Positions 23,660 through 37,461 of a stretch of 64,000 bases of DNA are shown here, one piece after another. The notes under the pieces were generated by a model. The model worked only from the letters and a program-made list of their open reading frames with translations, did not search any database and was not told where the DNA came from. The DNA lies in the NCBI GenBank assembly GCA_965287045.1, contig OZ336872.1, positions 32,550,001-32,614,000 on the forward strand, read 5' to 3'. Source of the DNA: Carcharhinus amblyrhynchos. Lineage: Eukaryota. A program made the translations under genes and the position numbers. Numbering within the stretch: the stretch's first letter is position 1; each line of letters opens with the position of its first letter.

Positions 23660-25900
23660 CACTGAAGAATGGCACAGCCTGGGAGAGGATGTTCCAATGT
23701 TTTCAGACACTAAACTGGAAGCCTTGATAAGTATTCATGGCCAGTGAATACATCAACAAATACCATATTCTACCAACTGCATCACTAGCCTCAGGCACTG
23801 TTCAATTCATCACACCCCCATCACTCATCTACTAACAATTTCTATCAATCAGTGCTCACATCTTCGATTCAATCGCTCCATAGCACTCTCACATAATTAG
23901 CACTACTATAAGTCTCACACTTGCATCATACAGGTTGCACATAATGTCAGCTATTCAATCATGACATAATTCAAACAGATCACATCTGATTTACTAACAC
24001 ACTTTATCATCTCTTGTAAGTCAATGCAGCACACACTAGAGGCAACATAAGCTCGCTGAGGAAAGGATAGGATGCCTGCATGCATAACCCCCAGAAAGGA
24101 AATGGGTCTGATCATTATTAGGGTGGTTGTTGCTTAGGGTGTGGCCAGAAGCGGAGCTGACATAATCAAAGAAAAAGGTGACTTTATACTAATCCTCTTC
24201 CTCATATCCCACTTCTTCCTGATCCCAATATTTCCTCCGGTTTAAAAACAGTAGATGGCGCTAGCGTGCATCACTTATTTTCACCCCATGCCACACAACA
24301 CCTCTACTCTTGAACCATTTTCCTTTCGGCTATTCAAGAGATGTAATCTGGTCAGGCAATGGAGGAACACCAACAAGAAAATGATGATAAAGACATAGTT
24401 CCATCACTTGATTTCACACTCATTGCCATTGCACCTGATTGAGAGGAAAGCTTAGAGGTGGAACCTGCACAAGTTGAGACACTGTGCATGAGTGGTAATC
24501 AGCCAGGACAGGGCAAGGATGGAGCAGGTTACCAACTCACCAGATGGCGACGTCAAACACGGATTCTGCTGCAGAAGACTCAAATGAGCATTTAGATGGG
24601 GCATCCCAAAACAAATTCAAGATGCATTAGGAAGCATACCAGACAGCCTGCATTCAACATCAAGAAACATAGAAGGAGTCCAGAATCATTTGCCCTCTGG
24701 GCAAAGGGTATGGTGCAAAGCTTAGGGCCTATCCTTTTCAGTATGAAGTGGTTCTCTAACTCTGTTTACACATTTGAGGACCCAACCTTGATGCTGATGG
24801 CTGATGTTGTAGTTTTCATTGCAGCACCAGTAACAGCCATTCAGTATCTACATGCTCCCATCATAACTGAGGATTATAGTGTACATAGGAGCTTGCAGGG
24901 TGCCACAGCCGTCCTGTAATCAGTTCTCCATGAGACAATTTTGAGACACTACTGTGGGACTGGCTGTCAATTTATGGATTACAGCATTCTTCCTCCCGCC
25001 CCTGCCACTCTACTAGTGCCCTTGCTTTCAACGTTCATCCTGTCAATCCACACTTTCTGTTCATGCAAGATGATGTGGTTCATAGCAGGGCCTTGTGGAT
25101 TCAGATACATTTGAGCGAGTCCTCCAAGGCTATTTACAGCCTCCTCCATTGAAAGTCAGCAGCCTTGGCTTGGCTGCAGCATTGGGGTGGCAATATATAG
25201 AAGCCCTACAACAGGCAAATGCACAAAGAAGATAAGCATTAAGGGACTGGATAGGATGATCAGTTGATTTTGCATGCATTACAATATGACTTCATTAGAC
25301 ATGTATATGGGAATGTTTATTTTGTAGTGATTTTTATGCATTGTGACCATGGAAAAGCTGCGACAGAGGAAAAGTAAGGTGTGGGACTTCTGGTGAATGG
25401 GAAATTGAAGTTACATTTTCTAGTACTGTACTTGGATAATTCTTCAGACAAGCACAGGCAGAAAGGGGTTGCCTAGGTTGCTTCCTCCTCCTCACATTCC
25501 TGGCTCTCAGCTGCTTGCATATAGCTAGTGTGAAAGGATGACACCTCATGATGGTGAGGTGGTGCAGCCACCACAGACCACTACAAATCCTGGCATACCT
25601 CTGCCACATAATGCAGGATTCCTCACAGTGGTCCATGCAATTGTTTCGGCATGACAATTGTCTGCTCTGTCACGTTTTGTGTGGGGTCAAATCAGAGTTG
25701 TCTGCTGATCAACATGATGGTCTGCCTGTTCTGCATGGTTCTGGCAAATATGCACTCTGTGCTCTCAGTAATACCCTCATACAATTTGTCCCACAAAAGT
25801 GCCTGCATCACAGATGTCATTTTGGAGCTCTATAGACACCATTGGCAGCCAAAACACAAATGCAATTTCTTGACCTCCACCCCTGACCTCTTCAATATGT
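23660..25900. mobile_element. Degenerate PIF/Harbinger transposon
   Basis: Colinear homology with 52840-55800 (e.g. ctgatgg--atgt----tttcattgcagcac at 24795 and 54128); FSDTKLEAL-like Myb N-terminal motif at ~23700. Confidence 0.5.
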
Positions 25901-26821
25901 TGCAAACCATGATAAATAATTCAGTGCAGAGTGTCTTCCTAACATTTCCAGGAATTCAATTTTAACTACATTTTATAACTGCTGGAAAAAATGTATTTCT
26001 GGAATATTTTTGCAATGGCAATGTACATTGAAGTTTGTTTGGTCTTATTGATTTGACTTGCTTATAATACCAGAAGAGTCAACTTTACATTCCTCTCTGC
26101 AATTGCTAGATTGAGATTGCAATTGATATTATTTAAGTACCAAAATGAATGGTATTCCAATCTCCTTAGTTATCTTTATGGGCCTGACAAAGTACGGATA
26201 TATGTGTTGATAGTTGGTCATCTTGTCAAGTTTCATGCTGTTCTTGGAGAGAAAGTTTGCTGTAGCAAATATGGTTAAAGTGAGGTTGTGCTGCACTTCA
26301 TTCTGTGCTCACCAGTCAGTTGATTTTTCCTAAATGAAAACAAGCTCACTGAGGATACAGTCCATATTTATTTTGACTTTGGTGAAGAGGTTTTAACAAT
26401 AATAGAACCCAGCAGCAAACAGTCTACATTTCACCTCCGATATGCCGAGTTGCCGAGATATACAGAAGTGTTCACTTGCCAGAGGTCTAGTGGTATAAAC
26501 TGCTCTGCCTCAGGCGTTCAATGACAACATATATAAAGTCAGCTTATCCTCTTGTGTACTAAATATCTTTTGAAGCTTTCAAAACAAGTACTTTTCAGTG
26601 CTCATAACACCTGCAAAATTGATTTTTAAGTAGCAATATTACAGAGTTAAATTGATGAAATATAGCAAGCCATCTGCAATATTTTTCAAAGGTTTGCGAG
26701 GGGCATTGTTTTCACGGTAAATTATCCGGAAACACACATGTGCCAAAACTGCCAAACACTGTATTTAAAGCTTTATATCAGCCAAATACACATTAGCACC
26801 ACATGTTACTGTTGAGGAGAA

Positions 26822-27140
26822 GATGGTGGTGTAATGGTAATGTCATTGGATGCCCAGGCTAATGTTCTGGTGACATGGGTTCAAATCCCAGCATGGAAGC
26901 TGGGAGAACTTGAATTCAATTAATACATCTGGAATTGAAAGCTGGTCTCAGTAATGGTGCTCATTAAACTGTTGTTAAAAACATCTCAATCTCTAATGTT
27001 CTTTAGTGAGCCAAATCTGTCATCCTTACCCGATCTGGCCTACATGTGGCACTAGACCCACAACAATGTGGTTAACTGTTAACTGCTCTCTTAAATGGCC
27101 AAGAAAGTCACTCAGTTCAAGGGCAATTAGATTTGAGCAA
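26822..27140 (+). mobile_element. tRNA-derived SINE (same family as 15703)
   Basis: Head ggtggtgtaatggtaatgtca...gggttcaaatccc; body ctggcctacatgtg...acaatgtggtt; tail caagggcaattag. Confidence 0.8.
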
Positions 27141-27764
27141 CAGGTACAATTTGCACCAGGCGCGGCGAGGCCAGAAAATCACCCCATAATTTTTGTCAAC
27201 AAAACCAGAAGGGCGAGTTTCCCCATGTGCTGTGGAGTACGAAGTTTACTTTAACAGGTTCGCTGACTTCCCAGAAGTCAGCTGTTGGACAGAGAGCACT
27301 TCAGAGCAGACCAAAGCCAGGAAAATTATCTCCTGTCTCAAATGTAGCATAGGGCAATGGTGGGTGAGGGTTTGATCCTAGTAGTTGTAGGGTGCGATTT
27401 GGTATGATGTGGGAGGAGTCTGGGGCAGGAGAGCCTGGAGGAGTGAAGGGGAAGCATTTGCACTCTCTCCAAAGTTGTTCTTGCCTACTTTCAGCTAATG
27501 GGTTTCCTGAGGTCAGAACTGAATCTATTTAACTGACTAAAATGTCAGGTTGACTGCCTGCTTCTCGATATGCTCCTGTTAAGCCTGAAAATGAATGGGT
27601 TGGAGATGGGTTTGTGATTTTTTAAAAGTTTTGACACCTGAGACAATCCCAACCACCAGCTGTAGGTGTGAAATTTAGCCATGATTTTATAGGGATTTAA
27701 CTGCCCAGAACAGCTTAATTTTCTACTTTAAACTTTAAATGTTCTATGTTCTATGTTCTAAAGG

Positions 27765-28030
27765 AACGATCCTTTAAAACAGAGATGAGGAAGAATTTCT
27801 TCAGCCAGAGAGTGGTGAATCTATGGAACTTTTTGCCGCAGAAGGCTGTGGAAGTCAGGTCATTGAGTGTCTTTAAGTCAGAGATAGATAGTTTCTTGAT
27901 TAATAAGGGGATCGGGGTTAATGGGGAAAAAGCAGGAGAATGAGGAGGAGAAAAGTATCAGCCATGATTGAGTGGTGGAGCAGACTTGATGGGCCGAGTG
28001 GCCTAATTTTGTCTTACAGTTTATGGTCTT
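27765..28030 (+). mobile_element. CR1 3' end
   Basis: FKTEMRKNFFSQRVVNLWNFLPQKAVE followed by the tcagccatgattga tail. Confidence 0.88.
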
Positions 28031-31000
28031 TAACAATGAGAGGAGAGAATGGGGATGTAGAATTAATCTCAGAAGAAGTCAATGTAGGGATGTTTTCAGG
28101 ACATTCTTTTTTATGGAGATTATGATGGACATAAAGGCAGAGAAGTAGAGGCACAAAAACCCTGGAATCATTTAATATTTCAATGCAACAGTGGGAATCA
28201 GCACAGATTGTTCTGGATAGCTACATTATAATGGGCTGAAAGGCATTTCTCATCACGTTTATGTGATCTTGTGAAATTTCTGCTACATGTCCTCAAACAA
28301 TTTACCTACTCATTAACAGCCACTCTGTGCTGAATAATGAACATAGAACAAACAAGTTCAAAGGAATGCTGACAAAATAAACTGTAAACAGGTTGGAAGT
28401 GATTTCAGACAGCAGGACGATCTCTAAGTCACAAGTCATACATGGAGTCAGAATTCTGACTGAAGAAGATGTGATATTTTTCTCCAAAGTCCACACCTGT
28501 TAACATCTTATTCTCCCTCAACCACTGACCATGAGCAAATATATTATTAGATATCAGCAATACTATAGCATCCTTTTTTGCTGGGAGAAAATGGAGAGAC
28601 CCCTTTGCTCTTCAAGTGTGAGATGTCAATGAAGGGAACAGAATCATACTTTATTTTCTATATCCAACATCAGCATCAAGCACTTTTTATGTCAGCATTG
28701 CTTGAATATGGGTGGGGGTGGTGGGGGGGTGGGGGGCAGTAATGTTCTCTTAGTACTGCTGTGCTTAAACACCCTTCTGTAGCAGTGTGAGATTTTAATT
28801 TGATACATAAACCATATGGACAGCCTTCTTGAATGAGACTGCAGATTTCAAGCAGTTCTCAGATTGTTCACTAGCTAATTTGACCAATTGGTATGATACC
28901 AGACCTTAGAAACCATAATGATGCCAAATTAAATCCAGATCTGTGCTAAGTTACTTCATCTGAACTGAATGGCAGCAAGGTGCTTCAGTTGGGCACAGCA
29001 TTCTTGCAATTAGGCTGTGTTTCAACTGCTTGCTTTCTAGTGATTCCAACTGTTATGTGCCATGTGGGTGAGGTAAGAATTGTTGACTTATACTGTTGGT
29101 TGGGCAAAGTGCCCAAGGACTGTCAGCATCATGAAACTGCACTCCAACATGAGTCAGCACCTTCAGGTGAGAAGGCAAGAAATGAAGAGAAAATCAGAAG
29201 ATAAAAATGTGTACTGTGGTGTAGCCTCTTGTTCACATGCAACCTTACAACCATCAGGGAAAAAACACGCTGAACATCAGAGTAGGCCAAATTTCAAGTT
29301 AAGGTACCAGAGGAGAATATTACTTAAATCTGCACTATTTAATTTCCTAGCACAAATCTACAAGTGAAAGACTTGTTACTCACTTTTCCTTGATTTTTGC
29401 TGCACAACATAGATCCTTAATAAGATTGTTGAGTTAAGAGGGTCACTTATTCTGTCATTGATTCGATCCCCATGTTTCATTATTCTTGTTTAATAATGAC
29501 TCAAAGATTTTGGTTGTTACAAGTGGCATTTCAACATGAGGTTTCGAATGAATCAGTCTTTCAGATTTCATTCCAGATGAACAAAAATCATTAATAACTA
29601 ACATTATGAACGTCTTATAACATGGTACTAAATGACAAATCTACTCCTGTTTTAAAACCAGGATTTTTGGCACCTGGCAGCTAATGAAAACTAAACAGTT
29701 CAGTTCAAACAGAGATGAGACAATCTTTTGGACTATGATTCAAGTGACCAACCTTTTTTACCCCTGTCTGATTTCTCTCCTATTCCAGTCACTTGTTGTT
29801 CCCTTCTATGCTTAGCTGTGAGCTGATACCATTTCAAATTAAAAATTACAAGAAAACAGGGGCATCAGGTTCAGCTTTTTCATGCCAATGTTACAGGCTT
29901 GTGAAAGTCGAATGGGGATGGGATGTCTACTGAAGTTGGTAGCATAGTTCAGTGACAATTTGGTGAAAATAGAAAGAATTAATGAATAGAAAAACTGGTT
30001 AAGCAGGGTTGAGAGCTATCAAAAAAGGAAATGATTGATTCTTTTGGCCTATTCCTAAAAAATACTTATTTTCTATTTGATTCTAGTCCTTCACATGCTT
30101 TAGCTTAAAGGATTTTAGAGGGATAGAAACCTCTGGTGCTGGATATGTCAAGATATTGAAGGATTTATTGTATTTTAATATGGTTCCTTTCAAATTAGCA
30201 TTAGTGAAAGGAAGTTGGAACTTTTGTGATTTCTTTTTGAGTAAAATGTGATCTCCTTAACACAGCTTTAACTGTTAATTTGAAGAAACACCTTTCCAGG
30301 CAAAATCTGTACTTTTGAAAAACAACCTTTTAAAAAATATATACTAGATAAAACCACTTGTGGAGCTACTAATCTCGTCATATTCTGATAATGAGTTCTT
30401 ACACACTGAGGGTCATTTTCAGCATGGCTGCTTCGATGCTGAACTAGCATGGCATATAGTTCACTCATTACCAAATCTGCTATGGGAACGAAAATCAGGC
30501 CCGTTCCATTACTGGCAGTGATATTTTTGACTGACATTCTCATATTATAAGTGAAACTTCTGGTCGAGATTAGCGAACGTTATTCAACCCTGGTGGGAGA
30601 GGGTAGGGGACGGACCATCAGTAGTTGAATTGGAATACAGAATATGGATTGCTGTAGACAAATGTACAAAAACTGATCAAATCTGCTTTGAGCATACATT
30701 GTGAAGGCTAAAATATTTTTGAAATAAAGCAATTTGTTGATGGTGCAGGTTGTTTCATTACAGATAAATAACATTATTGGTCTGGAACATTTTAATGTTT
30801 AATGAAAGATCAATTTTTCAATTTTACAAAACCAATAGACATATTTCAAAACAATATTTTGCTTCAATGCCAAGTTAGAAATTTCATGAAGCTTCACTTA
30901 CATAAATAACATGGAGCCAAGATGTCTGCTAACAGACTTATTTTTTTTTTGAAAACTGCAAGAGAGTGAAGCAAAGTGACACTGATTAATGATGTCGGAG

Positions 31001-31203
31001 TTTGCTTCTTTTGAAATGCAGACAAACTCCACAAGAAGTTTATATGCTTTATAAACTCTGCCTCTAATTATCCGAGCAATAACTTGTAGAAAGTCAGCAA
31101 CTTGAAGGTTTAGTTAGTTTGTGAATTTGAAATGTGTGTGAGAGAGCAGAAAAAAAAGCTGCTATTGTGCTTACTGATAGCAATCCTGAAAATATCTGCA
31201 GGA

Positions 31204-31531
31204 CAGCATGGTGGCACAATGGTTAGCACTACTGCCTCACAGTTCAAGGGACCTAGGTTTGATTCCCGACTTGAGTCACTATCTGTCCGAAGTTTGCACA
31301 TTATCTGCGCTTCTGCATGGGTTTCCTCTGGGTGCTCTGGTTTCCTCCCACATTTCAAAGATGTGCGGTTTAGGTTGAATTGCCCCTTAGTGTCCCGGAA
31401 AGTGTAGGTTAGAGGAATGAGCAAGAGTAAACATGTGGGGTGATGGCGATAGGCCCTGGGTGGGGTTGTTGTTGGTGCAGATTCGATGAGCCGAATGGTT
31501 TCCTTCTGCACTGTAGGGTTTCTACGATTCA
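31204..31531 (+). mobile_element. HE1-type V-SINE
   Basis: Head, V-domain and CR1-like tail as at 6740. Confidence 0.9.
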
Positions 31532-33861
31532 TTCAGGAGGAATGGAAAATTACAGTAGGAAGTTAAACTAATGTGCATCATTAGGCAGTTTCTGACATTG
31601 TTAATTGAACAAATAATTAGATGCTTCATTGGACATTTGTTGCTTCTGATTTTGATAGGATAGTATGATCTTGTCAATGAAAATATCATGTCTATTTTGA
31701 AAAGAAAGGAATAAAAATCTTTGCAAAACGTGATTCAATGCTTTAGCCAGACAGTTTGCCAGCTAACTGTTTGCTGGGTGATCATATGCATAACTCCTTG
31801 TCACATATTGTTAATGGACGTATTGTCTTGTTCAAACTTCATAAAGACATTAGTGTTTAACCTGAGATTTTAGTGTTGCCTCATTCTTTCTCATAATTCT
31901 GATGCCCAAAAAGTAGAATAACCTGTTCGGGGTAAAAGGTTAGATACTTAGATCTTAGATACTTTACTGATCATAAAGGTAACAATAAAAATGATTCATT
32001 GTGATGCAAAGGCTCCAAGCCAAGTCACATATTCACCATTGATTGACTTAGCCATAAACCAAGGAGAAATAGGTTTAAAAAGTGAACAATCTCAATTTCT
32101 GGCTGCATTAGCAAAGGTTATTTCAAGGACCACAAACAAAGATTTTATCTCAAAAGGATCAAGTTTATGGTCACTTTTTTTAAAATGCTGCCAGTTTTAT
32201 CATTGTGCCTGTACATGGCAAGGAAACAGGGGTAATCTGATCAGGGCAGAGGATTCTGCAAATAGATTGCAATTCTCTTTCCATGGAATATATGAAAATG
32301 TCCAAAATACACATAAACTGGGTTGGGAACAAATCAGAATATTTAGCCATGAAGAACGAATGGGCTGAACATTCAAAGGGAAACCATTTTGGAGAGCTTA
32401 TATATTATTTTCTCCATGAAAATAGATCAGTAAATGTATATCAACGACTGGTGTAGGCAAATCTGTGAAGTATAGAAATCAGAGTACTGAAGGAGGCCAC
32501 GGAGTCCCTGTCACCAATGCCAGCTTTTCTCATGCAGCCAAGTACTCTGATCAAATTCCCCACCCTTTCCCATGTTCTCCCTTCTGAGATGCTCATCTGA
32601 TTTTCTTTTAAATAATGCTTTATTCTCTGTCTCAGTAGACACCTACAGTCAAGTAATTCCTGTTCTCATGAACTACAATGTGAAATAAATCTTCTAATTT
32701 CCCCTTTGTATGATTATTTTCAACCTGATTTGGGTCTACATTTCAGTGAAAAATTACAAGCACAGACATTCTTACAGGAACAAAAATATTTTCGTCAGAA
32801 TTAGTCACTGACAAGTACATCCAAAATTATCCATATAAATGCTTTATTTAAGGGTGATAGTTGAGGTGTTTTTCATCTGATTGTTTGAATTTGCTCTTTC
32901 AATTACTAGGCTCTAGAAAGACAGACGTCCTTGCCAAAGTGAGAACAGCCTTGCATTATTTTTCACATTGTCATTTTTGTGAAACTGTGTTGTATTTGGA
33001 TGCGAATTGTTTGGTCACACTGCAATTTATAACAAATACTTCTCCAAAAACTGTGTCTTTAACATTCTCAACTGCACATGTCTCATTTCCTAAGTGGCCT
33101 GCATAAAAGAGCTACCCACTGAAAATTTAATTTTGTATTTGTTATCAAAGGGCATGGAGACCACATTTAGATTTTTCAGAAAACCTAAGTTCTTAGGAAA
33201 AATAAGTTACACATTGCCAGATTCCTAAAGTTCAGCTGATTATCCATCATATTAGTTACCAAAAATAATTTAGGAGCCAGGAGGCAGTCAGAACTTTTTC
33301 AGTAGAAAACTATGCCACTTGTCAAAATATAGAAATAAGTTATCTGTGTGGTCCAATCCTAGAAATCCATGCTCCAAAGCACTTCAGCAGGCTTTTTTGT
33401 TCCTTTAACTCTCCAGTTATTTACAGCACAAAACAAGCCTTTTGATATAACTGGTCAATGCTGCCATTAGTGTTCCAGGCAAGTCCTCTGTCCACTCTTT
33501 TCTTCTAACGTATCAATATAGCCTTCTTTCTTTTCTCCTTCATGTGAATATCTAGTTTCCCCTTAAATGTATCTATTCTACTGACCTCACTCATTCCTGT
33601 GATGACAACTGCTAGTCTATAGAGAAAGAAGTTTGTGCCAAACATTCAGCAGGGTCACGCTCCTAGCACCAATGCCAATCAGAAGGTCTAGTTACAAAAC
33701 AGACCGTCTTCAGCAAAAGGTGTTGAAGCAAATTTCTCTCCATTTGTCAGGTATTTTGAAACCAAAATGGAAATCATACTGAGACATATGACATGGGGTA
33801 AAAGGTGAATGACAAAAATGTTTGTCTCAATGTAAGGCCCCAGACCAGAATTGAAAATTCT

Positions 33862-33981
33862 GGCTGGAGTTCTCTGGTCATGTACGCCCAGCTACTGATG
33901 TTAGCCAGAACGGAGAATTTGGCGTTCAGACACATCTCCATTCGCTGCAGTAGGGCCGGACGAGATCAGAGAATTCTGGCC
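33862..33981. mobile_element. MITE (family A) with a 3-bp TCT TSD
   Basis: tct|ggctggagttctct...agagaattctggcc|tct; followed by a family-2 Penelope-like remnant (ccaaagatgctgccag). Confidence 0.7.
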
Positions 33982-34554
33982 TCTGTCTCTCTTTCTCCAA
34001 AGATGCTGCCAGTCATGCGGAGTATTCCCTGCATTTTCTTTTAATTTTATGTTTATCTAGGTTTTTTGGTTCCGTGGTAATTAAAACTCAGTCAGCATGA
34101 ACAGGAAGTTTAATAGCCAAATATAACCACGTTATTTATGTCAGTGAAACTTCATGAAATTTGTAATTTGGTATCAAAGCAAAACATAGTTTTGAAAATT
34201 ATCTGTCTACTGGTTTTGTAAATTTGAAAAATTGATCTTTTGCTAAACATTAAAATATTCCAGACCAATAATTTTAATTATCTGTAATGTAACAGCTAGC
34301 AACATCAACAGATTACTTTATCTCAAATACAAAAGTCAGCATCACTTATGTGCTATTAAAATAAACTTGTCTTTATATTACACTTCATGCAAGAATTATG
34401 CATTCACGTACAATAAATTGCATCAAAGTTCAATCATTCTAATTACTTATGCAAAAATGGTATCATTTGTGCAAAGCCACATTTCACAAACAAGAAATTG
34501 GATGAATTTGTTTTCAGTTTTGGTAGTTTTGTAAGTGGACAGAACTTATTCTTT

Positions 34555-34740
34555 TTTAAATAGTGTTATGGAACCTTTAATTTTCATCTGAACTCCAGAC
34601 CTCTTCAATACTTCATCTGAAGAATGGTATCTTTAACAAGGCAACACTCCCTCAAGTGCTGCAATTGCATGTTACACTTAATTTCATTTGCCTAAGTCTG
34701 GCAGTGCAATTTCACTCCGTGAACACATGGTTCAGAAGCT
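34555..34740 (-). mobile_element. Old Deu-domain SINE fragment
   Basis: tagtgttatggaacctttaattttcatctga...catctgaagaatggtatct...cactccctca resembles the antisense Deu domain. Confidence 0.5.
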
Positions 34741-35664
34741 GTCCTCCTTTCCCAGCAGGCAATTCTTTATATTTCTTTATAATTCTTTATGTTTACAGAA
34801 TCTCTGTTTCTGCTGTTTGCTATAAAACAGTTAGTTCTGCTGATTTCTAGTTTTGTTGTGCAGATATACAATGCATTTTAAATGGTGGATTAATCACTAC
34901 TATAGATTTATTTGTCAAGAGCGATCTGTTAAAAATAACCTCTTTAGGTAAACAATAAGCATTTACTATTGGCTTTCAACTCATCTATGCAACGTGAAGC
35001 GGCACTTAGTTCTTGAAGTTCCCTTAAAATGTCCAATTATTGTAGCTGTTTCTAAATAGTTTCACCACAGCAGGAAGCATATTTCATCAGTATATTCAAC
35101 TTAAATGTGCACCCCAGAGAATTGACAAAAAGCGATGAAAATCAGTTGTACATTTGCAAGCAGATACTCCACTTGGAATAATTTTAATATAAAGTATGCA
35201 AAATATTTTCAATCCTAAGACATCTCATCCATGCAATTTGTCAAAAACTTGCCTAGCTTGTCGGAGAAATTATTCTTAACAGGAACTCAAGGAATGGTTT
35301 AGTTCAGGTCAAATCAGAGTACTGATTTGAACTGTATGAACCAGCCATGGGAATCACTATGGTTTCACTGCTGGAGACTGATTCAAAACTGTCACGTACA
35401 CGACTCAATAGCATAATTATAATTAGTATTTGTTTCCTGAATGGAATCCATAACCTTCTCAGAGTGGCAATCAGCAGCAGATTGCCACTCAGTAACGACT
35501 TACCCACGCATAAATTGTAAAGCGCCTGTCTTGCCCAACCTTCCTGACTCATGCACGGTGAGACTGAAGGATCAAAGCGCGTCCTTGGTCCCAGAATCAA
35601 AGTACAAAAAGAGTGAGCAAAGGATAATATGCTCCTTTTATGGCAGTAACTGCTGGAAAGTACA

Positions 35665-35975
35665 AGAGTTTAAAGGCCCCATTGATAGGGAGAAGGTAAG
35701 TCAATGGGATGTGGGGGTGGGGGTTTGAACATTGGTAGTTGGGGGGATCCAGATATTGGGGAGGGGGGTGTTGAATTGGACCTCAGGGAGCAAAGGGGGT
35801 TTGGTCACTGAGCAGGGGCGGGGGGTGGTTTAGGGATGTTAGGATGGGTAGGCCGAACATCAGGTGGAGGGAACGGACATCAGGGCTGGGTCGAATATTG
35901 GCAGAGGGTGGGTCCGTCAACTGCTGGGGGGATTGAACATTTGTTGTGGGGGATGAGGGGAGGGTGTTGGACAGA
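35665..35975 (+). repeat. G-rich degenerate tandem repeat within a DNA-transposon-like element
   Basis: Repeated (g/c)aacat(c/t)gg-like units between G-runs; an antisense counterpart lies at 47150-47520. Confidence 0.5.
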
Positions 35976-36823
35976 AATGCTCCATTTTTCCACCAGCTCT
36001 TAATTATCACAATACCAATAAAACAGGTAAACAGACTGATGCACAGTAATTGTATCTCACTGAGAGCAAAATCTAGGCACTGGAAGAAGTATTGCATAAA
36101 TAAATTTGTACCGACATCACATATATAGGGGCAATTCACCTAGCCCACTATGCTACTCCAGCAGCACAACGCGTTGGGAGACATCAGCTGTTTCACTGGC
36201 TTCCCACTGGGCGCCACAATCTCCGTATATCTCTGAGCTATGAGTTCCAGAGTAATCAGCTCCATGCCAGAAATTGGCACAAAGCCGCTTATCAAATGGA
36301 AATCACAATTTAAAATTAATTGACGGGCCTGGGACTGAAGTCTCCGGGCCCGCTAGCATCTGGCCCCCTCCCACCCACCAGGAGTAGTTCACTACAGCAG
36401 GATTTATAACTGCTCCCCCTAGTGGGGAACAGGCAACCGATCCCGCTGGAGTGAAGGGAGGCTAATGAGGCCACCCCAGGAAGTTGGGAGGTAAGAGGGG
36501 TGCCCCTGGGACAGCACCACGTAGCACTGCCCAAGAGGCACCTTGGCACGGCTCACCAGGCAATGTCAAGGGCTAGAGCCACAGGGAGGTGGGACCTACT
36601 GGGGGGCGGGGGGGAGGGGTCCTGCTACCACTCTGTACAGGGATTGCAGGCAAATGGAGGGAGGACAGATATTAAGGCTGGCCACCTGTGTCCGTGAGGG
36701 GAGGAGAGGGTGGATCGGGACTGCCAGAGAATCATTAGGGGTGGGGGAGGGAAGTTGGAGATCAGAGCTGGTCAGGGGTCGGGGGGAGGGGAAAGTCAGG
36801 GCTTGTTTGGGGAAGTCCTGGAG

Positions 36824-37059
36824 TAAGAAGTCTCACAACACCAGGATAAAGTCCAACAAATTTATTTGATAATAAACCCACAAGCTTTCGGGGTTTGCCC
36901 CTTCGTCAGGTGAGTCTCACCTGACGAAGGGGCAAACCCCGAAAGCTTGCAGGTTTACTATCAAATAAACTTGTTGAATAAACTTGTTGGACTTTAGCCT
37001 GGTGTTATGAGACTTCTTACTGTGTTTACCCCAGTCCAACACTGGCATCTCCACATCAT
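36824..37059. mobile_element. Penelope-like fold-back insertion with two opposed hammerhead motifs
   Basis: TSD gaagtcctggag (36812-36823 / 37060-37071); palindrome centred on 36915. Confidence 0.9.
36876..36914 (-). ncRNA. Minimal type I hammerhead ribozyme motif
   Basis: Minus strand: ctcac CUGACGA a gggg-caaa-cccc GAAA gc UU guggg; stem I ctcac/gtggg. The mirror copy on + at 36916-36952 has a weakened stem I. Confidence 0.8.
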
Positions 37060-37461
37060 GAAGTCCTGGAGGCCAGGAATCAAGGTGTGGGGAGTTCACA
37101 AGCCCGGCAATGGGGAGTTGTGGGGATGGCCAGCAATTGGGAGGCCACGCTGAAAGATCGGCGCATGTGTAGTGACCCGGTCAGCGCTATGCTGGCGGCC
37201 TCTCGGGCAGGAATAGGCCCCACCCTCAGATTTCCGGAGGGAATCACATGAGGGCACTCTGTGATTCACACAGCGTTGGAGATTCACTCTGGAAATCACA
37301 CAGGAGAAAGCTAGCAGCATTTACTCCCATTTTCTCGCAAATTAGGAACTTTGAATCTTTTTGGGAGAATCCCAGCCATAGTCTTCCAATATAGTTCCTG
37401 GGTGCAAATTTATTTATTTCAAGCAGAAATTGCAATCATGTGGAAGCAGACATCCACTTAC

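Larger units (their letters stand above)
36128..37377. mobile_element. GC-rich non-autonomous Harbinger-like element
   Basis: Ends ggggcaattcacc...ggagaatcccagcc resemble the MITE TIRs; G-rich interior. Confidence 0.45.
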
